DNA of 64,000 nt from NCBI GenBank assembly GCA_044507775.1, contig JBIQIY010000021.1:22766-86765 (forward strand). Reading direction: 5' to 3'. The DNA is from Flammeovirgaceae bacterium (GTDB lineage: Bacteria; Bacteroidota; Bacteroidia; Cytophagales; Cyclobacteriaceae). Both the position numbers and the translations under genes were made by a program. Shown piece by piece: positions 29,575-40,802 of the stretch. The stretch's first letter is position 1, and every line of letters begins with the position of its first letter. The notes beneath the pieces are model-generated. The model ran no database searches. It was given only the letters and a program-made list of their open reading frames with translations, and was not told the DNA's origin.

Positions 29575-31383
29575 ATGGATGTAAATAAGATCAGGAATAT
29601 TGCCATCATCGCGCACGTCGACCATGGAAAAACGACGCTTGTGGATAAGTTGCTTATGGCCGGTAAACTTTTCAAGGAACACGAGAAGCCCGGAGAGCTT
29701 ATCATGGACAATAACGATCTGGAAAGGGAGCGGGGGATTACCATTCTGGCGAAGAATGTCTCAGTGCGCTATAAAGACTACAAGATCAACGTCATCGATA
29801 CACCGGGGCACAGCGACTTTGGTGGTGAAGTGGAGCGGGTGTTGAACATGGCCGATGGCTGCTTGTTGCTGGTCGATGCGTTCGAAGGGCCCATGCCGCA
29901 AACGCGGTTCGTTTTGCAAAAGGCACTACAATTGGGATTGAAGCCCATTGTCGTTATCAATAAAGTTGACAAGAAGAACTGCACACCCGATGAGGTGCAC
30001 GAACAGGTATTTGATCTGATGTATCAGCTTGATGCGACGGAAGACCAGTTGAATTTTCCGACCTTCTACGGCTCGGCAAAGCAGGGCTGGATGAGCTCCG
30101 ACTGGAGAAAACCCACGACGGATATTATACCTCTTCTCGAAGGGATCATTGAATTCATTCCCGTGCCGGTGGTGGAACAGGGCTCGACTCAGCTGCTGAT
30201 AACATCACTGGAATATTCTTCTTATATCGGTCGGGTTGCCATCGGACGCATGCACCGGGGGACGATCAAGTCCGGTCAGCCCATCGCGCTTGTCAAGCGG
30301 GATACAAAAGCCGTAGTAAAATCGCGTGTAAAAGATCTTTACGTCTTTGAAGGATTTGAGAAGGAGAAGGTCGATGAAGTGAAATCCGGCGAGATCTGCG
30401 CCATCGTTGGCCTTGAAGATTTTGAAATCGGAGATACCGTCGCCGATGTTGAGAATCCGGAGGGAATGAAGACGATCGCCATCGACGAGCCCACGATGAG
30501 TATGTTGTTTACAATCAACAACTCACCCTTCTACGGGAAGGAGGGAAAATTCGTCACCTCTCGCCACATCAAGGAGAGACTGGAGAAAGAACTCGAGAAG
30601 AACCTCGCACTCCGCCTGGGTGAAACCGGTTCAGCCGACTCCTTTATGGTTTATGGTCGTGGTGTCCTGCACCTTTCTGTATTGATCGAGACGATGCGCC
30701 GCGAAGGTTATGAGTTGCAGATCGGTCAGCCGCAGGTAATTTTCAAAGAGATCGATGGCGTGAAATGCGAGCCCGTAGAAGAACTGATGATAGATCTTCC
30801 GGAATCAGATGCCGGAAAGGCAATTGAGACGGTTTCTCAGCGCAAGGGCGAGATGACCAACATGGAGCCCAAAGGCGATCGCATGATCCTGAAGTTCATC
30901 ATACCCGCGCGGGGGATCATCGGCCTGCGCAACTACCTGCTGAACGTCACAGCGGGCGAGGCAATCGTAACACACAGGTTCAAAGAGTACCAGCCGTATA
31001 AAGGTGAAATACCCGGCCGTATCAACGGTTCACTTATCGTAATGGAGCAAGGCGAAGCCATCGCATATAGCCTTCACAACCTTCAGGATCGCGGAAAATT
31101 CTTTATCGATCCGGGAGACCCGGTCTACGAAGGACAGGTGATCGGAGAGAACACCCGAAGCGGTGATCTGGTGATCAACGTTACCAAGACCAAGAAGCTT
31201 ACCAACATGCGCGCATCCGGCGCGGATGAGAAGATGCGAATCGCTCCGGCGATAAAATTTTCGCTGGAAGAAGCGCTCGAGTATATTCAGGCAGACGAGT
31301 ACGTTGAAGTCACGCCGAAATCAATCCGGCTACGTAAAATTTACCTCAACGAGAACGAAAGAAAACGCTACAGCAAGGCGTAA
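29575..31383 (+). CDS. typA: Translational GTPase TypA/BipA
   Basis: IRNIAIIAHVDHGKTT, RERGITILAKN, DTPGHSDFGGEVER, GRGVLHLSVLIETMRREG, EYVEVTPKSIRLRK. Confidence 0.98.
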   Translation: MDVNKIRNIAIIAHVDHGKTTLVDKLLMAGKLFKEHEKPGELIMDNNDLERERGITILAKNVSVRYKDYKINVIDTPGHSDFGGEVERVLNMADGCLLLVDAFEGPMPQTRFVLQKALQLGLKPIVVINKVDKKNCTPDEVHEQVFDLMYQLDATEDQLNFPTFYGSAKQGWMSSDWRKPTTDIIPLLEGIIEFIPVPVVEQGSTQLLITSLEYSSYIGRVAIGRMHRGTIKSGQPIALVKRDTKAVVKSRVKDLYVFEGFEKEKVDEVKSGEICAIVGLEDFEIGDTVADVENPEGMKTIAIDEPTMSMLFTINNSPFYGKEGKFVTSRHIKERLEKELEKNLALRLGETGSADSFMVYGRGVLHLSVLIETMRREGYELQIGQPQVIFKEIDGVKCEPVEELMIDLPESDAGKAIETVSQRKGEMTNMEPKGDRMILKFIIPARGIIGLRNYLLNVTAGEAIVTHRFKEYQPYKGEIPGRINGSLIVMEQGEAIAYSLHNLQDRGKFFIDPGDPVYEGQVIGENTRSGDLVINVTKTKKLTNMRASGADEKMRIAPAIKFSLEEALEYIQADEYVEVTPKSIRLRKIYLNENERKRYSKA

Positions 31384-31440
31384 TCCTAAATGAAAATACG
31401 TAGAGACAAGGCATGCCTTGTCTCTACGTATTTTATTCCC

Positions 31441-34236
31441 CTATTTCCCCTCGTTCAATTTTCCCTTCGCGAAATCACCTGCCTTAATGATGTTGATCTT
31501 GTCCATGCTGATGTATTTCTTCATGGCGTTGTTGATCTGTTCAGGGGTGAGTTCCGCGACGCGTTTTTCAATGGACTCATCCCATTGGAGGTCCCGGTTG
31601 ATGAAGAGGTAATGGTTCAGCGTTCCCGCCAGTCCGGCATCCTGGGCGCGGCTCACGGTCCGGGACTGTGACCATCCCGACTTGGCGGCGGCGATCTCTT
31701 CCGCTGTGAATCCTTCCGTAATGACTTTGTTGATCTCTTCGGCGAAGGCGGTTTCGAGTTTGGCAGCATTCTCGGGAGCATAGATGGCGTAGGCGAGGAA
31801 ACTGCCGACAGGATCCAGTGCGCCTGCATTGAATTGCGATCCAACGCCGTAGCTCAGACCGTCTTTCTGGCGGATGCGGGTTGCAAGTCGTGAGTTAAGG
31901 AATCCACCTCCCAGCATATAGTTTCCAAGAACCAGTGCCGGATAATCGGGATTGTCGTCTCTGAATTCAAAGTTGAACGCGCCGACGAAGAATGCGTTCG
32001 GCTTATCCGGTGTCTCGAAAGTTTCGTTGATTGTCTTCACATCAAACGGCTTCATTTCGATGCGCGTGTAGGGGTTTGCATTTTTCCAGCTACCGAATAT
32101 CGACGTAACGAGGTTGGTCACTTCCGATTCATCGAAATCGCCGACAACGGACATGGTAGCGGACGAGGCACCGTAGAAGTCCTTATGAAATTTTTTTACT
32201 TCATCAATTGCGACGGACTTGATTGACGCGACTGCTTCGTCGAATGTTTCGATATATCGCGGATCGCTTTTCGAATACGGATAGAGATGTCGTTGCACAT
32301 AGTTGAACGCGATCGCCTGCGGATTGCTGCGTTGCGATTCTATCCCCGAAAGGCGTTCGTTCTTCAGCTTCTCAAATTCATCAGCCGGGAAAGTCGCCTC
32401 TTTTAACACCTCTTCCACAAGCTTGAGGACTTCCGGCAGGTTAGGCCGGGTTGTAGTTATATTCACCGATGCCTGGGTTGCGCTGCCGCCAATAAAGACG
32501 TTCGCTTTCAGTCGGTCGAACTCGTCTTTGATCTGCTGGCGCGTGTGTTTAGCAGTGCCTTTATCGAGCATGGCAGCAGCAAACTCCGCTGCAGTTGACT
32601 TGTTGGCCAGAGATTTAGCATCGCCGAAGCGGAGCGTAAGCCGGGCTTCGACGGATTGGCCACGGGTTCTCTTTGAGAGAAGCGCAAGCTCCATACCGTT
32701 GGGAAGCGTACTTCGCTTGGTACGCGAGTCGATGTTGTCAGGCGATGGGTCGAACTCTTCACCCGCGGCGATGTCCTGGTTGCCTTTGTAATCTTTCACG
32801 AGCGCTTCAACATCCGGTGTTTCCGGAATTTCCGCACGGTCGGGTTTTTCAGTGGGTATGAACAATCCCGTTGTGCGGTTGTCGGCCTTCAGGTAATGCG
32901 CCGCGACGCGTTTAACATCGTCTACGGTGACGGCTTTGATCCGGTCGCGTGTGAGGAACAGCAACCGCCAGTCGCCTGCGCCGATGGATTCGCTGAGCGT
33001 AAGCCCGATGCGTTCCGAAGAATTAAACATCAGTTCGATTGATTTCAGGATCTCATTTTTAGCGCGGTCGACTTCTTCCTGCGTCGGAGGATTTTTTACC
33101 ATATCATCGAGCGTCTGGCGCATGGTGGCCATCGCATCGTCCAATGATTTTTCTTTCAGCACCTGAGCATAGGTGATCAACAGTCCGGGTTCCTTCCACT
33201 GAAAGGCAAACGCCGACGTCGAACTTGCTTTCTTGGAGTCGACGAGCGCTTTATACAATCGTCCAGAAGGTTCTGATCCCAACACTTCCGTCAGCACCTC
33301 AACGGCCGCGAAGTCAGGATGCGACCCGGCGGGCACGTGATAAGCAGTCATGGCAATCTGCGTGTCGCCCACGCGCTTCAGCACCACGGAGCGCTCTCCA
33401 TCCTGAGTTGGGTCGAGCGTATAAGTCGGGTCGATTGTGCGTGTCGGCTTCGGTATGACACCAAAGGCGGCATTGATCATCTCGAGCGTCTTCGGCTCAT
33501 CAATCTTACCCACTACTGTTACCACTGCATTGTCGGGCTGATAGTGTTTCTTGTAGAATGCCTGCAGTCTTTCGATCGGCACGTTCTCCAGGTCGGCACG
33601 GGCGCCGATGGTTGATTTTCCATAGTTATGCCACAGATAAGCGGTGGACATCACCCGTTGCAGGAGCACGCGTGTGGGATTGTTTTCACCAGACTCAAAT
33701 TCGTTTCGCACTACGGTCATCTCACTGTCGAGATCTTTCTTCGAGATGTACGAGTTCACCATGCGGTCGGCCTCCAGGTCCAGGGCCCATTTCAGATTTT
33801 CTTCTGTCGCATTAAAGGTTTCAAAATAGTTTGTGCGATCAACCCAGGTAGTTCCATTGGGACGCGCCCCATGTTCGGTAAGCTCCTGTGGAATATTCGG
33901 ATGCTTGGGTGTTCCCTTGAAAACCAGGTGTTCCAGCAAGTGGGCCATTCCTGTTTCGCCATAGTTTTCGTGCTTCGAGCCAACGAGGTAGGTCACGTTC
34001 ACGGTGATCGTTTGCTTTGAGTTGTCGGGAAACAACAACACGCGCAGACCGTTTTGGAGGCGGTATTCTGTAATCCCCTCGACGGTTGCCACTTTGACCG
34101 GGGGAGTCAGTAATACTTTGTCTTCGGTTTTGACCATTTCAGGCCGCGACTCGGAGGACTTTGCTTTTTTCTTCTGGCTGATTGCCGGAGGGCCGAAAGC
34201 AAGGGCGGCGATGAGTAGGAGGACTTTTGTTTTCAT
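31441..34236 (-). CDS. M16 (pitrilysin/PqqL-like) zinc peptidase, secreted
   Basis: Signal peptide; GMAHLLEHLVFKG (inverted HxxEH), NGTTWVDRTNYF, VVRNEFE; duplicated M16 halves. Confidence 0.95.
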   Translation of the reverse strand: MKTKVLLLIAALAFGPPAISQKKKAKSSESRPEMVKTEDKVLLTPPVKVATVEGITEYRLQNGLRVLLFPDNSKQTITVNVTYLVGSKHENYGETGMAHLLEHLVFKGTPKHPNIPQELTEHGARPNGTTWVDRTNYFETFNATEENLKWALDLEADRMVNSYISKKDLDSEMTVVRNEFESGENNPTRVLLQRVMSTAYLWHNYGKSTIGARADLENVPIERLQAFYKKHYQPDNAVVTVVGKIDEPKTLEMINAAFGVIPKPTRTIDPTYTLDPTQDGERSVVLKRVGDTQIAMTAYHVPAGSHPDFAAVEVLTEVLGSEPSGRLYKALVDSKKASSTSAFAFQWKEPGLLITYAQVLKEKSLDDAMATMRQTLDDMVKNPPTQEEVDRAKNEILKSIELMFNSSERIGLTLSESIGAGDWRLLFLTRDRIKAVTVDDVKRVAAHYLKADNRTTGLFIPTEKPDRAEIPETPDVEALVKDYKGNQDIAAGEEFDPSPDNIDSRTKRSTLPNGMELALLSKRTRGQSVEARLTLRFGDAKSLANKSTAAEFAAAMLDKGTAKHTRQQIKDEFDRLKANVFIGGSATQASVNITTTRPNLPEVLKLVEEVLKEATFPADEFEKLKNERLSGIESQRSNPQAIAFNYVQRHLYPYSKSDPRYIETFDEAVASIKSVAIDEVKKFHKDFYGASSATMSVVGDFDESEVTNLVTSIFGSWKNANPYTRIEMKPFDVKTINETFETPDKPNAFFVGAFNFEFRDDNPDYPALVLGNYMLGGGFLNSRLATRIRQKDGLSYGVGSQFNAGALDPVGSFLAYAIYAPENAAKLETAFAEEINKVITEGFTAEEIAAAKSGWSQSRTVSRAQDAGLAGTLNHYLFINRDLQWDESIEKRVAELTPEQINNAMKKYISMDKINIIKAGDFAKGKLNEGK

Positions 34237-34282
34237 TGTTAAAGGATTTGGGTTAATGAGGTTACTAAAGTAACAAATACCA

Positions 34283-34352
34283 GCGAAAGCTTAAAGCTTA
34301 AAGCTTAAAGCAGAAAGCAGAAAGCGAAAAGCAAAAAGCAAAAAGCAGAAAG
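34283..34352. repeat. Heptamer tandem repeat (nnAAAGC), about 10 copies
   Basis: gcgaaagc-ttaaagc x3-agaaagc x2-gaaaagc-aaaaagc x2-agaaag. Confidence 0.85.
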
Positions 34353-34405
34353 AATGGGCCTAATGGAAGAAGGGTGCTATGGGGTGTTTAGCTAATGGGG
34401 GTGGA

Positions 34406-37400
34406 TTACATGTTTCTTCTGTATTGGCCGCCGACTTCGAAGAGGGCTTGTGTGATCTGGCCGAGGGAACAGACTTTTGTGGCTTCCATCAATTCCGCAA
34501 AAATATTTTTGTTGGTGACCGCGGCTTGTTGTACGCGCTGGATCTGTGTCTGCGCTGTCTGCTGGCGGAAGTCGTGAAGGTTTTTAAGCATGTGGATCTG
34601 ATATTCTTTCTCCTCCGTTGTTGCGCGGATCACTTCGCGGGGAAGGATCGTAGGCGATCCCTTTGAGCTAAGGAAGGTGTTGACGCCTACAATCGGATAT
34701 TGCCCCGTGTGCTTCAGCGTTTCGTAGTAAAGACTCTCTTCCTGGATTTTACCGCGCTGGTACATGGTTTCCATGGCGCCAAGTACGCCGCCGCGTTCTG
34801 TTATCCTGTCGAATTCCGAGAGGACGGCTTCCTCAACGAGGTCTGTGAGTTCTTCAATAATGAATGAGCCCTGGAGCGGGTTCTCGTTCCGGGCGAGACC
34901 CAGTTCCTTGTTGATTATAAGCTGGATCGCCATGGCGCGCCGCACGGACTCTTCAGTCGGCGTGGTGATCGCTTCGTCGTAAGCATTTGTATGAAGCGAG
35001 TTGCAATTGTCATAGATAGCATATAATGCCTGCAGCGTCGTGCGAATGTCATTGAAGTCGATTTCCTGTGCGTGCAGCGATCTGCCTGAGGTCTGAATGT
35101 GATACTTGAGCATCTGGCTGCGCGCATTCGCACCGTACTTGCGCTTCATCGCCTTGGCCCACAACCTTCTGGCTACACGTCCGATGACGGCGTATTCCGG
35201 ATCGATGCCGTTGCTGAAAAAGAACGAAAGATTCGGAGCGAATGCGTTGATGTCCATGCCGCGGCTGAGGTAGTATTCCACGTAGGTGAATCCGTTCGCC
35301 AGCGTGAAGGCCAACTGCGTGATGGGGTTGGCACCCGCCTCGGCGATGTGGTAACCGGAGATGGATACGGAGTAAAAGTTCCGCACGTCCCTGTCGATGA
35401 AATACTGCTGAACGTCACCCATGAGCCGCAAGGCAAACTCGGTGGAAAAGATACACGTGTTCTGCGCCTGATCCTCTTTCAGAATGTCCGCCTGCACCGT
35501 GCCGCGCACTTGCTTCAATGTCGCCGCCTTGATCTTTTCGTAAACGTCTGCCGGCAACACCTGATCACCGGTGACTCCCAGCAACTTCAGCCCCAGGCCG
35601 TCATTGCCTTTGGGAAGTGGTCCCTGGTATGCAGGCCTTTCGGCATCGCGGTACAGGCCTTCGATTTTGCGTTTCACTTCATCGTCTAGACCGTTTTGAT
35701 CGATGTATATTTCACACTGCTGGTCGATTGCCGCGTTCATGAAATAGCCGAGCAACATAGGCGCAGGACCATTGATTGTCATTGAGACGGATGTCCGCGG
35801 ATCCGCGAGGTTGAAACCGCAGTAGAGTTTCTTCGCGTCATCCAGGCAGCAGATGCTCACACCCGAGTTGCCGATCTTGCCGTAGATATCCGGGCGATAG
35901 TCGGGGTCGTGCCCGTAGAGCGTGACTGAATCGAAGGCGGTGGACAGCCTTTTTGCGGGCATCGAAAAACTCAGGTAATGAAATCTCCTGTTCGTGCGTT
36001 CGGGTCCGCCTTCTCCGGCGAACATCCGTGTCGGGTCTTCACCCTCGCGTTTAAAGGGATAGATGCCGGCGGTGTAAGGGAACTCCCCGGGGACATTTTC
36101 CTGGAGAGTCCAGTGTAGCACGTCACCCCACGCTTCGATCCGCGGCATGGCAACCTTCGGGATCTGCGTATGTGCGAGCGACTCAGAATGCGTTTCAATC
36201 GACACTTCGCGATCGCGCACCTGAAAGCGAAACACCGGCTCGCGGTATCGTTTCACTTTGTTGTCCCAGTCCTCGATAGACTTCAGATTTTTTGCGTCCA
36301 GGTTCAGTTTCAGTTTCTCGTATTGCTCTTCCAGTTTACTGATGGCTGCGTCGTTGTCGTTCGAAGACGCATCGCGCAGGGTTTCGATCGACTTGTATAG
36401 CGCATACATCTTCTGCGCCAAAGCCCGTTGGTCAAGAGCCCACTGATCATAAGCGCGATTGTTTTCTGCAATTTCGCTCAGATAGCGGGTGCGATGCGGA
36501 GGGATCACAAAGATCTTTTCCGACATCTCCGGCGTGGAGGCGAAGTGCGATGCAAGATCGCTTTCTGTTTTTGAAGCGATGACGTCCATGATCTTCCGGT
36601 AGAGCTGGTTGGTGCCCGGGTCGTTGAACTGTGAGGCGATGGTGCCGAAGACCGGCATCTCGTCCGGTGATTGCGTCCAGAGCTGATGGTTGCGCTGGTA
36701 TTGTTTCTTGACGTCGCGCAAGGCATCCATTCCTCCGCGTTTGTCGAATTTGTTCAACGCGATCACATCCGCGAAGTCGAGCATGTCGATCTTTTCCAGC
36801 TGCGTTGCCGCGCCATATTCGGGCGTCATCACGTAAAGGGAAACATCGCTGTGGTCGAGGATCTCCGTGTCACTTTGCCCGATGCCGGAAGTTTCCAGGA
36901 TGATGAAGTCGAACCCGGCCGCTTTCAGAATCTGCACGGCGTCCTTCACATATACCGACAACACCAGATTGCTTTGTCGCGTGGCGAGTGAGCGCATGAA
37001 CACACGCGGACTGTTAATCGCATTCATGCGGATGCGGTCGCCGAGCAAGGCTCCACCGGTCTTTCGTTTGGAAGGGTCGACGGAGATGATGCCGACGCTT
37101 TTATCTTTGAAGTCGATGAGAAATCTTCTTACAAGCTCGTCTATGATCGAGGACTTCCCCGCGCCGCCTGTCCCGGTAATTCCAAGGACGGGAGTTCGGG
37201 TAGACCGGGCACGCGCGTGAATCTGATCGAGAATTTCTTTGTGCTTGTCGTGAAAGTTCTCCGCTCCCGAGATGATCTTGGCAATAGCGAGTGGGTTGGA
37301 TGGCGAAAGTTCAGAGATGTCGTCAATCCCATCTTCGCCGGTCGGGAAGTCGCTTTTTTCCACCAGGTCATTGATCATTCCCTGAAGTCCCATAGCCCTG

Positions 37401-37837
37401 CCGTCGTCCGGAGTATAGATCCGGGTGATGCCATACTCCATCAGTTCACGGATCTCCTCCGGAAGAATCACGCCACCGCCGCCTCCAAAGATCCGGATGT
37501 GTCCGGCATTCCGCTCTTGTAGCAGGTCGTACATGTACTTGAAATACTCGTTGTGACCGCCCTGGTAACTGGTCATCGCGATCGCCTGCGCATCTTCCTG
37601 GATAGCGGTGTTCACAACCTCCTCGACGCCCCGGTCGTGGCCGAGGTGAATGACTTCACAACCCGTGGCCTGGATGATCCTTCGCATGATATTGATCGCG
37701 GCGTCGTGCCCGTCAAACAAACTCGCTGCCGTGACAATGCGAACCTTGTTTTTTGGCTTATATGGAGCCGGCCCGGGATGGCCGGTAAGCTGTGATGACT
37801 TATCCTTTTTTTCTGCGCTTGCGGTTTCAGTACCCAT
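34406..37837 (-). CDS. icmF: Fused isobutyryl-CoA mutase IcmF (B12-binding domain + MeaB-like GTPase + mutase)
   Basis: [78 protein letters not shown]. Confidence 0.93.
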   Translation of the reverse strand: MGTETASAEKKDKSSQLTGHPGPAPYKPKNKVRIVTAASLFDGHDAAINIMRRIIQATGCEVIHLGHDRGVEEVVNTAIQEDAQAIAMTSYQGGHNEYFKYMYDLLQERNAGHIRIFGGGGGVILPEEIRELMEYGITRIYTPDDGRAMGLQGMINDLVEKSDFPTGEDGIDDISELSPSNPLAIAKIISGAENFHDKHKEILDQIHARARSTRTPVLGITGTGGAGKSSIIDELVRRFLIDFKDKSVGIISVDPSKRKTGGALLGDRIRMNAINSPRVFMRSLATRQSNLVLSVYVKDAVQILKAAGFDFIILETSGIGQSDTEILDHSDVSLYVMTPEYGAATQLEKIDMLDFADVIALNKFDKRGGMDALRDVKKQYQRNHQLWTQSPDEMPVFGTIASQFNDPGTNQLYRKIMDVIASKTESDLASHFASTPEMSEKIFVIPPHRTRYLSEIAENNRAYDQWALDQRALAQKMYALYKSIETLRDASSNDNDAAISKLEEQYEKLKLNLDAKNLKSIEDWDNKVKRYREPVFRFQVRDREVSIETHSESLAHTQIPKVAMPRIEAWGDVLHWTLQENVPGEFPYTAGIYPFKREGEDPTRMFAGEGGPERTNRRFHYLSFSMPAKRLSTAFDSVTLYGHDPDYRPDIYGKIGNSGVSICCLDDAKKLYCGFNLADPRTSVSMTINGPAPMLLGYFMNAAIDQQCEIYIDQNGLDDEVKRKIEGLYRDAERPAYQGPLPKGNDGLGLKLLGVTGDQVLPADVYEKIKAATLKQVRGTVQADILKEDQAQNTCIFSTEFALRLMGDVQQYFIDRDVRNFYSVSISGYHIAEAGANPITQLAFTLANGFTYVEYYLSRGMDINAFAPNLSFFFSNGIDPEYAVIGRVARRLWAKAMKRKYGANARSQMLKYHIQTSGRSLHAQEIDFNDIRTTLQALYAIYDNCNSLHTNAYDEAITTPTEESVRRAMAIQLIINKELGLARNENPLQGSFIIEELTDLVEEAVLSEFDRITERGGVLGAMETMYQRGKIQEESLYYETLKHTGQYPIVGVNTFLSSKGSPTILPREVIRATTEEKEYQIHMLKNLHDFRQQTAQTQIQRVQQAAVTNKNIFAELMEATKVCSLGQITQALFEVGGQYRRNM

Positions 37838-37860
37838 GGATCACTTGATGTTTGCTCTAT

Positions 37861-37964
37861 TATAATTCAATGTCGCTTAGTCAAGCCTTTTTGATCACCT
37901 CACCTTAATCCCCTCCTAAAGGAGCGGAGATTAGCGGAGCTTGACTAAACGACATTGAATTATA
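37861..37964. mobile_element. MITE-like miniature element, family 1 (104 bp, 26 bp terminal inverted repeats)
   Basis: TATAATTCAATGTCGCTTAGTCAAGC / GCTTGACTAAACGACATTGAATTATA pair with 1 mismatch; second degenerate copy at 48179. Confidence 0.65.
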
Positions 37965-38053
37965 TATTAACAAAATTAACGATTATGAGGCGATAAAGCT
38001 AACAGATGGTAGGGTGCCTTTCGGGCGCCATCATTTTTCTATCTTGCATCCCG

Positions 38054-39412
38054 ATGCTGAAAAAGATTTCGCGGTATTTGATTCTCACGGTGGCAGGAGT
38101 GCTGGGTTTCGTGCTGTTGTTCGTTTTGATTTCAGTCGCACCGGTAGACCGCACGCCGGTATCCGAACTAAGTTCTACCCGGCGGACTCTGGAGCACTTC
38201 CGAGCGCTGGATGTGGCGATCCCCGAACCGCAAAAAGGATTTTCCGTGGGCTTTGGCAAAAGCAATATCACCCCTGCAGAGCCCACGTCGCTCGCGGGAT
38301 ATATCAAGCGAAAGAGCAAGCCGTATCTCGCCGTCCACGATTCGATTTTCGCGCGGGCCATGGTCATTACCAACGGCTCTGCGAAAGTTGCCATCGTTTC
38401 CGCAGATCTGTTAATCATACCCCCTACGGTTACGCGCGTTCTTCCTGCGAAACTGGCGGCGATTGGCTTCACGCTCGACAACACATATCTCAGCGCCAGT
38501 CATTCACACAATAGCATTGGTCATTGGGGGGAGGGAGCCACGCGTTTCATTTATGGCGCGTACCGGGATTCAATTGTGCAGTCAATCGCGGATGGGATCG
38601 TTGAAAGTATCGCGCGCGCGGATGCCGACCTCATCGACGCTTCAGTCAGGAGCGGTCGAATTGCCGTGCCGCAAGCCGTCAAGAACAGATTGATCGACGG
38701 CGGCGATGAGGATCCCTATCTTCGCGTTATAGAAGTGCAGCGAGCGGATAGCTCAAGTGCGGTGTTGGTGACCTATGCGGCGCATGCCACTTGCCTTTCA
38801 TCGGGCGAAAATCAACTGTCGCGTGACTACCCGGGCATGCTGGTCGACTTACTGGAAGAAGAGGGATACGATTTCGCGATGTTTCTGGCCGGTGCCGTCG
38901 GAAGTCACAAGGGCGCAGCTCCCGCGGATGACTGGGAGTGCATGGCGTGGATGGCAGATCAGATCACGCAGACGTTTATGGAGCACCGTGCTGACATGAA
39001 GCCGGTGGAAGACAGCACCCTCGTGATGATACGGGTTCCGTTGGCCTTGAGCGATCCGCAAGTGAAGATCACCCGTGACTGGAAGGTGAGGGCCTGGCTT
39101 TTTCGCTCCGCCCTCGGAGAATATGATGCCTATGCGACCGCACTGCGGATAGGCGACCTCGTCATGCTCGGGACGCCGTGCGATTTTTCGGGCGAATTCA
39201 TGACTTCCGTCGATTCAGCAGCTCAGGCTGACAGGCTTACTCCCATCGTCACAAGTTTCAACGGTGGATATATTGGCTACGTTACGCCTTCAGAGTACTA
39301 CGACATTGATCACTATGAAACGCGTGTAATGAACTGGTATGCACCGGGAACCGGAGAGTACATTCGCGAATGCCTTTTCAACCTTTTGACCGCTGTGAGC
39401 GACTCCAGGTAA
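38054..39412 (+). CDS. Neutral/alkaline ceramidase N-terminal-domain family protein
   Basis: N-terminal TM; VHDSIFARA, AIVSADL, SASHSHNS, TYAAHAT, FNGGYIGYVTP; alternative start at 38006. Confidence 0.75.
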   Translation: MLKKISRYLILTVAGVLGFVLLFVLISVAPVDRTPVSELSSTRRTLEHFRALDVAIPEPQKGFSVGFGKSNITPAEPTSLAGYIKRKSKPYLAVHDSIFARAMVITNGSAKVAIVSADLLIIPPTVTRVLPAKLAAIGFTLDNTYLSASHSHNSIGHWGEGATRFIYGAYRDSIVQSIADGIVESIARADADLIDASVRSGRIAVPQAVKNRLIDGGDEDPYLRVIEVQRADSSSAVLVTYAAHATCLSSGENQLSRDYPGMLVDLLEEEGYDFAMFLAGAVGSHKGAAPADDWECMAWMADQITQTFMEHRADMKPVEDSTLVMIRVPLALSDPQVKITRDWKVRAWLFRSALGEYDAYATALRIGDLVMLGTPCDFSGEFMTSVDSAAQADRLTPIVTSFNGGYIGYVTPSEYYDIDHYETRVMNWYAPGTGEYIRECLFNLLTAVSDSR

Positions 39413-39800
39413 TTCTTTTACCCGGGGGAACATTTTTAGAGTGATCCTTTCGCATCGACTCAAACGATTCTCTTACGAACCACACCCATGCAAACGGCCG
39501 CCGTTTCCGGAGATAAGTTTCATCCGGATCGTTCCTGAACGCTTCAATCTCAAAAGGGTTGTAGCGATAGGCGATGTAATGACACTGGCCATTCAGGCGT
39601 CCAAGTAAATAAAAAAGGCCGTAAAGGATCCAGTGAAAAATGAAGAGCATTTCCACTTGCTGCCAGAAGTGGATCTTTTCATGACGTACGAGTTGTGTCT
39701 GATCCTCGGCTTCCCGCCGGATCCAGATAAAAACGAAAAATGATAGTCCGGTGTAGTAATTAAAAATTTTCCCCCGGGTATAAATCTTATAAGGTAACAT
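39378..39800 (-). CDS. Small membrane protein with HExxH zincin motif
   Basis: LVRHEKIHFWQQVE followed by a TM segment and YRYNPFEIEAF; start reassigned to 39800. Confidence 0.7.
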   Translation of the reverse strand: MLPYKIYTRGKIFNYYTGLSFFVFIWIRREAEDQTQLVRHEKIHFWQQVEMLFIFHWILYGLFYLLGRLNGQCHYIAYRYNPFEIEAFRNDPDETYLRKRRPFAWVWFVRESFESMRKDHSKNVPPGKRITWSRSQRSKG

Positions 39801-40025
39801 ACTCAAAAAAAGTTGACAATTGTCCAATTCGCCCGTCAACGCTCCTTCACACATCCTTCGCGCGTCGGTGGCCAGTAGTTGACAATTGAAATAATCCACC
39901 GGGTCAATTTATGCTGAACGATTTCCCGGAGTCTGATATTTAAATAACGAGCGAGGAGGTCGTTTTAGTTCGAAGCGGGACTGACTTCGAAGAGACAATC
40001 CGTTGGAAAAACTTACCTGATTTTT

Positions 40026-40349
40026 TCATTCGAACTCGACGGATCCGGACGTCGTTTTCATCTCGTTTTTTTCCCGGGTTGATTGATGCGCTTTCTTGTA
40101 TCGAATGCCCAGTACGATAATGACGCCATTGATTATCAGTGAGAAGCCGTTGGTGACGATGATGGGGAGGTCTTCGCGAAGCACTCCATACCAGATCCAC
40201 AAACCGAGACCGACGAACAGAATCAGCAGGTAAAAAAGTGAGATATCCTCAGCTTTCTTATTTTTCAAAAGCTTTATCAACTGCGGAAGCAGGGAAATTG
40301 CGGTGCATATCCCCGCGGCGAGGCCTACGATCTGAGTAAATTCCGGCAT
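40026..40349 (-). CDS. SemiSWEET (PQ-loop) sugar transporter
   Basis: IVGLAAGICTAISLLPQ, AEDIS, LWIWYG, PIIVTN; three TMs; start reassigned to 40349. Confidence 0.88.
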   Translation of the reverse strand: MPEFTQIVGLAAGICTAISLLPQLIKLLKNKKAEDISLFYLLILFVGLGLWIWYGVLREDLPIIVTNGFSLIINGVIIVLGIRYKKAHQSTREKNEMKTTSGSVEFE

Positions 40350-40401
40350 GTTCACTCCCCTCAAAAATCTATGCCTGAAGCGGCGTTCGTTCGCCCTCGT
40401 G

Positions 40402-40611
40402 CTAGCCTCGTCCAAGTTTGCGAACGCTGTTCCTGCGCTCGCGGTCCTTGAGATGATTGATAACATCGAGACCAAGCCCTACCGTCGTGATAGCGCCGGT
40501 GAAGGTGAAGAAGAAGCCATACGAGTAATTTTTGACTATGCCATTCAGACCGGCATATAACATAACAATCACACCTAACAGAGCCAGGCTAAGCAACAGG
40601 TAATTTTTCAT
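40402..40611 (-). CDS. Small two-TM hypothetical protein
   Basis: MKNYLLLSLALLGVIVMLYAG..GFFFTFTGAITTVGLGL with a basic tail. Confidence 0.5.
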   Translation of the reverse strand: MKNYLLLSLALLGVIVMLYAGLNGIVKNYSYGFFFTFTGAITTVGLGLDVINHLKDRERRNSVRKLGRG

Positions 40612-40802
40612 GCGGGAAGGGAACAAATATTTATACAGAATGCGGATACAAAAAACTTGGTTCGAAAGATCAACAAAAAGGCCAGCTTCCGGGTTCCGGG
40701 ACTGCCAAACCGGAAGCACGTTTCGATGAATGGTCTTATTGTGCTTCAAATTATTCTTAAGTAATTGACATAAGTGGTTGACAAGAGTCTAAACGATTAG
40801 TT

